DNA of 42,824 nt from Sphaeroforma arctica JP610 (Eukaryota): positions 44,959 through 87,782 of the forward strand of contig NW_014040451.1 of the NCBI RefSeq assembly GCF_001186125.1. The letters run 5' to 3'. Positions 24,660 through 35,693 of this stretch are shown here, in pieces (position 1 is the stretch's first letter; each line of letters starts with the position of its first letter). The notes below the pieces were generated by a model. The model ran no database searches. It had not been told where the DNA came from and saw nothing but the letters and a program-made list of their open reading frames with translations. Both the position numbers and the translations under genes were made by a program.

Positions 24660-26375
24660 CGTGATAACATATCTGGTACATGGTTATGTATCCCTGGTAG
24701 ATTTTTGATATCGAAATGAAACTTTGATACCGTATTATGCCATCGGCTCAGTATTTGAGAGCCTGGCTTCATCTCCTTCATATATTGAAGGGACTTCTAA
24801 TCACACATCAGCGTAAAAGCTGTTCCGTATAAGTAATCGAGGAAGTGTGTTAGAGCTGCTACTATGGCTAGTAGCTCTTGCTTCACAGTTGGATAATTCA
24901 ATTGTGATGCATTCATTGCTCGGCTAAAGAATTGTATATACCTAGGTTAATTATCTATAATCTGGTATAGTACACGTTCGAGTGCTAAGTCTGATGCGTC
25001 CGTTGCTATTTGACTGGTCCTTGTACAACAGGGGCTTGTTGGACTGCGTGCTTGAGCGCTTTAAATGTGTCATCGCACTCTTCAGTCCACAAGTCCCCTA
25101 GTTTGCCTTTATGACATTTTAAGTGTCCAAAGGGTTTAAGATAATCAGCCAAGTGTGGTACTCCATCTGAAAAAAAGTTTACAAACCCACACATGCTGTT
25201 CACATCTCTTCCTGTAGTTGGTGTTCGCCATTCTAACAGGTGTTCTATCTTACCGGGGTCGATTTTAATACCTTCCCCAGATATACGATAGCCTAAAAAC
25301 TGTATTTCGCTCATGGCGAAGTGACATTTCTTCTCGTTGATCTTGAAGTTTTATTCGTTGAGTCTTTTAAGGACTCGCCTGACTAATATGGCATGTTCGC
25401 CCTTAGTTTTATAAAAGATGACTATGTCATCTATATAGACTTGCACGTTAGGTATGTCTGCAAACNNNNNNNNNNNNNNNNNNNNTAAACCTGTATTGCT
25501 TACCTTTCCAGGTAAAACCAAAGTACTTACGATGGGGTTCATATATGGATGTAAACACAGTAGCACCTTCCATTCGTCTCAGTAACTCGGTTATATGAGG
25601 GAGATGGAAACTATGAGTCGGCAATAACTTATTTATTGGACTCATATCTAGACATACTCTGACTTTCTTAAATGTCCCGTCAGAGTTGTGTTGATCAACT
25701 GCCAATAATGCTAAGTTAACTGGCGTTTGTTGGTAGTTGATTTCGATTATTCCATCGGTTAACCATTTCTCGACTTGTTCTTTAACTACAGCTTCGTGTC
25801 TCCAAGAAACATAGCTTCTTGAAGGACATTTGAGCTTAGTAAAGTCTACCTTGGTTAAATCAAGGCTGATGTATCCGTCGTTGAAGCGGAATTTCGCCCA
25901 GTCGGTTATTTTTATCTTCTTATTTACTAATATAAGATCCATCATCTTATCGGCAAAGCCAGGAATTGATTCCGTGACTGTGTCCGATGGTGGTGTATAT
26001 GGTTTTAGACAATTATCGTCTGACTGATCCTTTAATGGATCTATGTTGTTGGGTAAGCCTGTTACGGTTATCCCTAAAGTGAGCAAATCGCTCATTCCTA
26101 CTATAATGTCGTACTTCTGTGACATCTTAACGATCACAGCTTGAGTTGTGATATTTCTATCATCGGCCAGGGAGATTTTAACATCTGTGGCCATGGTATC
26201 ACACTTAGAAGTTTTATCATCTGCTAAAATTAGGTGAGTGGTTTGAGTTCGCCTTTCAATGTCTTTCAGTAATGCAAAGCGGTCGGATATACATGAAATT
26301 TCTAAACCGGGATCAATCAATGCAAGGACTTTATTTTCGTTGCAATATACAGGGATTATTACATGCTCATCTAAG
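24660..26375 (-). pseudogene. Element 3 protease, RT and RNase H
   Basis: ALIDPGLEISCIS (protease-like, catalytic triad reads DPG), LADD, DIIVGM, KVRVCLDMSPIN, VYIDDIVI, TDASDLAL, KQELLAI, HVPDMLSR; small N gap at 25466-25485. Confidence 0.9.
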
Positions 26376-26449
26376 GAGTCGTTGTATTTCCTTTGTAACG
26401 ATTGTACCTGGTAGTACTTTCACTCCAACTTAATGTCGGGCCTTTTGTC

Positions 26450-28622
26450 GCAAGACTTGGCGTGATAGCCATTGGTCTTCTCACACTTGTCACACTTAGT
26501 AAGAAAGTGTGTACAGGTGGGTGCATATCTGCCATTCCAATAACCGTTAGGGGTCAATTGGTACATGTCATATCCACACTGTGCGTCGGCACATTTCTTA
26601 ATCTCCTTAAATGTGGGTTTCTTGTGCTTTGTCTCCGCGCGTGCCCGTTTATTGGGTCGCGTTGATTGAGTGGAGTCGCGAGCACGTGTCTGGTTAGGAC
26701 GCGTCTGATGAGGTTTATCATCTGACTTCTGGCGTGAGAGGTATCCTTGATCAGGGAGCTCGCGCGGTTTCTTATTTCCCGCCTTTCCATTCGAGGTTGC
26801 TCGGTGTACGGGGAAAAGAGTGCATACACAGTATCATAAAACTTTTCCCACGTAAGTCGGGATAGATGAAACTTTGTTTCATGTCCCTTGTCTCGAGCCT
26901 CAGTTGCGTATTTACGTCGCAACTTGGTGTACAGACTTTCACGGTCGTTGTTCCCTGTGTTCTTACAGAAAACATGCATAACCAGGAACTCGTACCATCG
27001 CTGTGCTTTGTTCTTTGTTATATCTGGACGCTTAAGGTCAGCATCAAGTTTCAGAATGTAACTCTGAATAGAAGTATTCTCAACTGGTTCAGTTAAGATT
27101 GAACTCAGTCCTGGACTGCGCATGTCTTTGCTTAATAAGGACGTAACCAACCAACACACAGCTGGCTAGTCACGACAAGTGTCTAGCTCATGCTGGTGTC
27201 GCTGCAGGATCAAGTAACTTGTTCCTGTAGGGTCAAACGATTGCATTAAAGCAGAAATCCATTGCAGGGGAGTGATACCATTCGTCTCCAGCATGACCAT
27301 AAACGCATTAAGCGTACAGGTTAGCGTGTCGAGGTCATGGTTGTTTATAAACTCAACCTGCTTGCTGTTGGCATCCCAGTTCGACTTAAGTCGACTGATC
27401 TGTCCCTTGTACTTCTGGTTATCCCGGTGGTCTTGCCCACGCTGGGCCTGAAGTAGCTGATCGATGCGCTTCTGCTTGATCGCGATCATATTAGCAAAAT
27501 ATGACACGTCTTCAGCATGGTGCTCGTCATGGGCGATTTCCATCTTAATGGTGTAATCGTCGACCGATTTATTAGTTTCGGTCACCTCGTCAGAGTGGAA
27601 ATCCTCTGCGGGTTGGTGTAATGCGGTGCGATCGAAGCGATTAAATTCGACATCGTTAACACGTTTATGGGAGTGTTTATTACCCCTTATAAAGTCCCTG
27701 GTCGAGGCCTTTCGGTGCTCTGTTCCTTGGATAGTTGTTGGTATTATAATTTTGGGTGATTCATGCGTCTGGATGACATACCCAGTCTTAACTGGTTTCC
27801 GACGATTGTGATCCCAGTTGGGTAAGGTGGCGGAGTATTTTTTCCTGCCTCTGGGTCTATAATACCATCAAGGACGGGCGACTCATGCCCGGGCGTTAGA
27901 ACAGGCAAATAATTAGCCTGGAGTTCTGGTGGTAGTACATCGTAAGGTATAGATACGTTGAACACATCTGGTTCAACTGCCACAGGTGTAGCGCTCAGGT
28001 CCTTACACTTTTCGGGCGTAATTGCGAGTCGACGTTCTGTCCACTTCTTTAGGGCTTCAGTAGTGCCCGGAGAAACATGCTCGCGTAAGTGCTGTGCGTG
28101 TTTTCCTGATCCATACGTTCGATCTACTTGTTCAACAGTCATGCCGTTCATAAGGGCGACTAACTGATTCTTAAGATCAGTGTTTTCAGTAGTTAACTTA
28201 CTTATGCGTGTTGGCTCAGTGGTCTCGGTCGTAGATTCGGGTTTGCCACTTGAGCTTGCCTCCTCTTCTGGTTCCGTTATAGGTACAATTTCAGATTCGT
28301 CTTTGTCCCCTATAATTATGGACTTTTCTTTCTGAGTTTCGTCAGAAGAATTGGTTGGGGCGTCTTGAGACGTGTCCCTTGTCTCACTTCTTGGCTTCGT
28401 AAATTCAAGCTTCGAAGTTGAGGCAATAGTTAGCCCTCGGGCTCTATCTGCAGGAGTAGTCTTCTTAATCGGAGTGGCTACGTCCTTATTCGAAGCATTG
28501 TCCTGACTATTATTGTCAAACACAAGTGCTTCGGCTACGGTGCGGTCAAACGCATCGGCAGCAACGGTGGTTGCTTCTGCGTCAGCAGTAGCTGCTGCAG
28601 CGCTAGTGGCTTCTCTCTCCAT
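26450..28622 (-). pseudogene. Gag region of element 3 with long low-complexity N-terminal extension and atypical Cys/His knuckle
   Basis: ORFs 27744-28622, 27166-27585 and 26554-27159; CDKCEKTNGYHAKSC at ~26450-26495, just upstream of the protease. Confidence 0.7.
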
Positions 28623-28803
28623 CTTTTTATGTTCCGCCTTGCGTTCATTGCAGGCGTATTGTCTTTCTTTGTCATAATCTTAACTTATGACTTCAGTATT
28701 ATTCTCTTAAGGAATGACTGTGCTTAGGAAAGATTTCGTGGTAATTATCTACCTTTACGTTTAAGTAGTCTAAGTAGTTAATACCTTTGCTAAATTTAAA
28801 ATG

Positions 28804-29392
28804 TGTGATTTTCGGTCTCTCAAGACGACATTAACGCCTTAGAGTAATTAAACGCTTAGGTTAAGTCTTAGTGTAATTAAATTCGAAGTAAATAAACGAA
28901 ATGAGTCTTTTAGTAAAGTTAAGTATGCCTCGCGAAAACAGCAATACTCTGAGGGATTGTGAGGCTGAGACATTGCCTACATATAATCCTCTCAGTACTG
29001 TTTCCGCCGAAGGGATTTTATTTAGTGTTGCTTTGTCGCTCTATTAAAAACTATGGTATGTTTCGTTGGGGCGAATCCGAGAGACTCATAAAATACTATC
29101 TTTAAAAAGAAAAAGATAAAAAAGAAAAAGAAAAATACTCTTGATGTCCATAATAATTGCATTAACCAATAACATGCCACTTATCAAGAATTACCGACTT
29201 AGCCTTCATCAGATTGGCACATCTGGTTGGCTGAACGGGGGACAAACTAAGCAACGCAAATAGTCCTTAGAAACCTATGTTCGGTTGAGCCATCTCGCTA
29301 CCGAAGTACTCAGATATAAACAGATTTGGAAGGTTAATATAGTTCTATTAATAAAACTAGACCAAATGTTATATTTGGTATTTTACTGGGGC
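28804..29392 (-). repeat. 5' LTR of element 3 (outer part replaced by element 2/4-type sequence)
   Basis: Matches 21406-21982, then switches abruptly at 29393 to sequence matching 17131 onward. Confidence 0.85.
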
Positions 29393-32300
29393 CGGTAATA
29401 CAACATGTGGCATCAAGTGTCAACATCACCCGAGACTCACCCATTTGTTGTATCCTAGTATTTTGATGGAAAACATATCATAATAGAAAACCCATTTGTT
29501 GTATCCTAGTATTTTGTTTGACTATTATACAGATACAATTATCTACAATTGTGCTTCAGCAGATACCAGGTTTTACAACCGTAATAGCCTTTAAACGTTA
29601 ATACGGTTATAATTTACGTTAACATGTGCTTTTACAATAGGAACCCGCTGATTTTAGTTAAGGTAAGCAGTATACTGGGAAGACATGGCGAGCTACGAGT
29701 CGCTCTTCTAGAGGTCTATATTGAAACCATCCTTGTCAAGGACTGTCCAGGACACTGTAGCACCCTTAGTGGTTAGTTGAGTACAATTAGATAGCATAAT
29801 GCCCGTTTTCTCTAAAATGGGCCCATAGCCTAAAGAGATCTATGAATCGATTTACTCAAAGGCTAAGCTTTATTGTTAATGCTAGGTACAATAATATTAT
29901 TTTCAAAAAAGATAAGCTACAATGTATGTATGTTACAATGTATGTACATATGGTATGGCTCTCATAGCCGTTGTAATGGTTCGGGAAAGATCGATGGGAA
30001 GAAGTGGTCAGTAGATTTTAGGTAATCCTTTCCGTTTATCTCGTGTGTTCTTATGTAAGCGCTTGTTCCATTTCTTATTAAAAATACGAAGGAAGTCGCG
30101 AGATTCACGAAACGCATCGGAGGTTAGCCAAGCTACTGTCCCATCCATAAAACGTGTCTTGTAGTAAGTGTAACCGTCTTTTAATGTTTTGTCTATTATA
30201 TCTTTGACTTGTGACTCCATAACTGGGACATCAGAATCAAATGAGCGAGTGAATGAGAGTTCGGAGGTAGGATTACGGCGAGTGTTTAGATTAGTTGCGC
30301 TAGTACCATCTATGTTATTCACTTCGTAAGTATCACTCTTCTCATCATGGTAGGAAATAACAAACGATTCAATTGTCTTAGAAGAGAGTTTTGTAACGTT
30401 GGCTTTGCGATTTATAATTTTAACATAATCGCCTACTTTGAACTGAACAATGTTCTTAGTGTTATTCCATCAATCATACGCTTTAAGTAGGACACGATTT
30501 TTGTGCTCGAGTCAACAGGGGTAAACAACGTTTTGCATATGCTAGATCTTTTGTAGCCATGGAGTAACATGTTTCTCGGGCGCAGTTTTGTCAAACGTTG
30601 CTTGTAATTCACTATAGCGGCCAAGGAAATAGTGAAACGGGAGTGTTCCAGTTTGAGGATTTATGCAGTTATTCATTTGAGTCTGAACCCATTTCTAATG
30701 ATAAGGCCACATATCCTCAACGTCATTCAATGCGGTACGCAATAGCTTCTTTAGTTCTCTATGATGTGTCTCATTTGCACCCTGCGTTTGAGGTTTATAA
30801 GGAACACCACGCCTATGGGTCATACCTGATACGAGTATAAGTGCCTCCATTACGTCGGTACAAAACTCACTACCGTTATCAGAACATAGTACTCGGGGGA
30901 AACCGAAGTCATTAAAGACGTGATAGCATAACTCTGCCACTGTTTGCGGGCGTTTGTTCGGTATTACTTTATATACATCGCCAGTGTACTTGGATCGCGG
31001 GAGTTTAACCAAATCGACTATGACTCGGCGCATCGGTTGGTCTTCTGTCACACCTTTTAGGTGGCATTACCTCGACTGCACCCTTGTTGGGTGCATGTGT
31101 TGTACGAGTCTTGAGCTTTTGTTCAAACTTCTTAGACTCCTCTAGTTTCTAAGAACTCGGTTGAGGGTTTCCACTTAGTGGTACCTGCAAGACCGATGCG
31201 AAAAACAATGGTGTGTTTCCAAGGCGTCTTCTTAATAGAATAGGATCCCGGATACAAGAACGTGTCGGTTTCACGATCGACATAGATAGGCTCGTCTTGT
31301 ATCATATTAATTAAATCACGTATCCATGGGTCGGAGCTACGTAAGGGACAATACAGCGTCATGGTAGATTTAGTAATATTAACATAATTTAACAACTGTG
31401 CAATAAGTTGCCAAGGTGAGTTAGCCCACGCATTATGCTTTGATAAGTCAAGTTGAAAGGCATCACCTTTAGGATGAGTCAACGACCTATAATCAGAAAC
31501 CTGTTTGTTATGTTCTGCGGCGAACATATCAATAGTAAATGAACCCAATCTTGATTGAGCGAGGTTAAACCATTTCTTATTAAGCATTCAATCGGTTGCT
31601 AATAACTCTTTAACTGTTTTCTGGTAGTCAGGGACAAGTCGAGAGAGCATGTCAGGAAGATGATTATATATTCCTGGTATGTGTGTAATGTTAAAAGCGA
31701 ACTTAGCAATAATGTCATGCCAGCGGCTCACCAACTGTGAATCAGGGTTCGTGTCCTTTAAATATGTTACAGACTTTTGATCACAGGCGACAGTGAAGTA
31801 ACTTTCTTAAAGGTAGTCTTTAAACTGTCTTAGCGCAGTGTCAATAGCAAGGAGCTCTTGTTTGACGGTAGGGTAATTCCGTTGACTCTTATTATAACTC
31901 GGCTAAAGAATTGTATATAGGTAATGAGAAAGACGAGGTACCAAATCCGAGAAGAAGTTGACAAACCCACACACAGAGTTCACATCTCTTTCAGTAATCG
32001 GTGTTGATAAACCAACAGAAATTAATTTTTGTCAGGATCAATTTCTACCCCTGCTGCAGATACCTTGTAACCAAGTAAGTGTATTGTATCTTTAGCAAAA
32101 GAGCACTCGTCCTCGTTAATCTTAAGTTTGGCATGGTTTAGTCGCTTTAAGACTTCCTTAACGAGTTTAGTATGTTCATGTATTGTCTTTGTAAAGATAA
32201 CTATATCATCTAAATATATCCGACAGGTCCGTAAATAGTTCCATCATAACTTGTTGGAAGAAAGAAGGTAACAAGTGTAAGCCTTCAGGTGCACCTTTAA

Positions 32301-33015
32301 ACTGGTACTTCTTACTTTGCCAAGTAAAGAAGAAGTATTTCCTATGCGGCTCATATATTTGAAATTGATGGAATGCAGCTTTTAAGTCTATCTTGGAAAA
32401 GATAGTCGCACCTTCCATTTTGCGTAGTATCTCGCTTATCTTTGGCAGGGGAAAACTATGTTGCGGAATTAGTTTGTTGATTGGCGACAGGTCTAGTACT
32501 ACTCTTGTCTTACTAAACGTTCCATCAGATTTATATTGATCGACCCCTAAAAGAGCTAAGTTAACTGGGGTTGCATCATATTTGATTTCAATTAGACACT
32601 TTTTTTTAACCAATCTTCAATTTGGGGTTTGACAACGTTTTTGTGTCTCCAACTCACGTAGTTATGTGAAGCACACTTTAACTTAGAGATGCCGACGTTT
32701 GTCAAGTCAAGTTTAACGTACCCGTTAGAGAACTTAAAAAATACACCCGTCAGTTATTGCAATCTTTCTGTTTTGTATAATTAAGTTCATAATTATATCG
32801 GTAAAGTGCGGAATCATATCCTTTGCTTCACCTTCCAAAGGTTTAGGTATCTTTAACATGTTATCATCTGACTGATCTTTATTTGGGTCTAGCCCATTAG
32901 GCAGACCAGTGAGAGTTATACCTAAACTGAGAAGATCTGTCATACCTATAATTTAATCGTATTTCTGAGGCATGTCAGTAACATTTAGGTGAGTCTTTAT
33001 TTCTCTTCTATCTGA
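29393..33015 (-). mobile_element. Gypsy element 4 (5'-truncated in protease; several internal deletions)
   Basis: Protease tail/RT 32000-33015 (KIDLKAAFHQ, YLDDIVI); RNase H remnant 31630-31920 (KQELLAI, CDQKSV, HLPDMLSR); MTase 31132-31600; integrase 30400-31051 (SDNGSEF, PYKPQTQGANE); chromodomain-like 30008-30322. Confidence 0.88.
31132..31600 (-). pseudogene. Dam-like methyltransferase domain of element 4 (uninterrupted ORF 31132-31587)
   Basis: MLNKKWFNLAQSRLGSFTIDMFAAEHNKQVSDYRSLTHPKGDAFQLDLSKHNAWANSPWQLIAQLLNYVNITKSTMTLYCPLRSSDPWIRDL...KKTPWKHTIVFRIG; the motif reads NSPW. Confidence 0.9.
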
Positions 33016-35693
33016 CCTCAGACTTCAAAACAAAGGATTAAGAAAGGATAGAGGAGGATTGCCAAGACTACTTGAATCGTAAGCTTTGACTTGTACTTTT
33101 TGGACTAGGATTTTTGGGCTCAGGGCTTTCCGGGTTTGGCCAAGGATTTGTGGAATCTTGAGATTGCCGGCTACGATCAAATCGGGATCAGGACAGGAAA
33201 TTAGGGTTAGGATCTTATAAACTCGAAAAAATAAAAATAAAAATATGAAGGAATACAAAGAATACAAAAATAAATATTATCTAGAAGTAGAGAAAAAGAT
33301 TACAATCCATCTGAATAATGGGAGTTGTCATCCAACAAAGATACAAACTGTTCGGGAGCAAATATTTAGTTCGAAGCTCTTGTACACTCTATTTTTGTTT
33401 TTAAAAAACAAGCAAATGTTTATAGTAGTTACATTATTTATTTAGTTCGTTGGCAACTTGGCACTCTCTCTTCAGTCTCTTCTTGTTGAGTCTACTCTTC
33501 ACTTTCTTGTGACGTCTTTCCCCCCCCCGAGCATCACAAAAGGACACAGAGTGTCAGAGACTCAGAGTCACAGTATCAATTTATCATCACAGTGAGTCAG
33601 TGACAGGTCTCGAGCCTCGGCTCCCTCGTGGCTCGTTGTCCGTGCTCGAGAAATATAAAAAAAAAAAAAGAGGCCTAAAGCCTACAATCAGTAGTTCAGT
33701 ACTAATAAATATGTACTAGTAGACCAAAGTCCAAAAGTGAAAAGTCTCTATTCTCAAAAGTCCTTTCTCCAAAGTCCATAGTCCAAAGTCCTTCGATCTC
33801 GGATGTATCGATAAATAAATACACTTTCGACTCTTTGAGTAAAACATCGACTCACAACTCACAAGAGTCACAAGTCACAGGTCACAACTCGCTGAGTAAC
33901 AAAATGCCAAATGTGGATACATACTGTATTTTGCTCTGACCAGGTGGCAGGTAAGTAAACGACATGGTCTTTTTGATATAAAATACCCTAAAACCGAAAC
34001 GGCATGGCTAAAAATAACATGTCGGTCGGTAATCTATGGTCGTTTATTGTTCCCAGCTGACATGGAGTCTTCGCTCTGACTACATATCTTACCAACAATG
34101 TTTACTTAGCAGGTCACCTTCAATATCGGCTAGCTATATGTAGTCCTTCGGACGTTAGTTCGATCCCCTATATTTTAGTTATATTTCTATTATTCTTCAC
34201 TAGTAGAGGGTCATGTGGTTACCGAGCAGGTTGTGTATATAAATAACTATATAACAAGTTCAAATATATAAATAACCATTTCAGCAAACGATCTTTTAGT
34301 AGTATTTATTTAGTAAATAGAGTCTAGTGTAGAGTTGTTATATGTAAAGCCAGACAACCGCCACAAAAGGATCTATGTATATAAACGACCATGTCGTTTA
34401 TTCGTTTTTCTAGTAAGTGTGTACAATCAAAATATTCCGACCTCGTCGATGTCGTTTACCTGGTCAGATTTTACAATGATCGAGACTCAAATTCCATTGC
34501 CCGATGGCAATCTAATGCTTTTTTATTCTTTCAGTCCCAGCCTCCCAGTCCCTACTCCCTAAGCCCAAGGCCCCAGGGCTCAGATATCTATTTTTTCTTT
34601 TTCCTTTCCCCAACTGTTTTTTATATATATATTTTTTATCTATAGCTTTGTGTTTATATTTTATAAAAAACTTTACATAAGATCTAAAAAAAAGAATTTT
34701 AGAAAATTGTTTGTTTATATATATCAAATACATTATCGCCTTTTTATATATTTTATCAGTTGTTTGAAATTGCTTGTACTTTGTCAGCATATTTTTCTTC
34801 TTTAAATTTTATAAATGTTTTTAAAAACAATTAACAGAAACAAAATCATAGCCTTCTAAAATATACAACATTTTTTTCTTCTTGTTTCTTTTCAAAAGTA
34901 TTTAAAAAAAGTCAGTGTTATTTTAAAACAAAAACTTTAAAAGGAAATGGTAGTTATGTTATTGGGGGTTTAAAAATACACACACTATGATACATAAATA
35001 TGTATATACATGACTTCGTCACTTCGTTGATCTATTTGTTTACAAAAATATTTATCTCTTTTTACTTCTAAAGAGTAGAAGGCTGTTTCAATTCAGTCTT
35101 CAGTCTTCTTTTATAATTTTGTTTGTTTCGAATTTTTCGATCATTGCATCGTAGTTTTCTGAATATACACACAAGGGAGAGAGTGCTTTCTGGCTACGAA
35201 TTTGAGAAAGTCTGAGATTGTCATCGCAGTGATATTGGCAATTTGGCATATATGCGCCATGTTTATTGCACAGTGCACATCAAATATTTACTCTCGACTC
35301 ATTTTTAGAGGGGTATAAAATACTTTTGTCGTTATTTTCTTCAGTTTTTATAGTTTTCATTTGAAATACAAACGCTATATTGAATAGAACCAAGAGACAA
35401 ACAAGAACAAAAGCATGAACAAACGAAAAATCAATTTATATATTTCTTGTTTGGAAACCAAAACTATACATGTTTCAACATTACAATAACCAATTCTTCT
35501 GACACACTACAACCACCCTACCCCACGCACACTCGTAGAAACGCATCCTTCCCTCAAATAGCATGCATATTTGCGCTTTCATGCTTCATCTTTTAGGATT
35601 CAGCCATAAAGCATCGAGGAAAACAATTGCAAAACGGGGTATCGAAGGCAAGTTTAAAGAATTAGTAGCGGTCGTAAAGTAGATGATTGCAAA

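Larger units (their letters stand above)
21406..29392 (-). mobile_element. Gypsy element 3 (chromovirus-like; gag-PR-RT-RH-MTase-IN-chromo), inserted in gag of element 2
   Basis: LTRs 21406-~22151 and 28804-29392 (the latter truncated or chimeric); PPT-like AAAGCTGGGTGGGGGC on the minus strand at ~22154-22169; all pol domains recognisable. Confidence 0.92.

Noticed and set aside
33016..35690. Short ORFs and GAGTC/GACTC and GTCCAAAGTCC-rich patches
   Set aside because: AT-rich intergenic sequence with no recognisable protein motifs or defined element termini.
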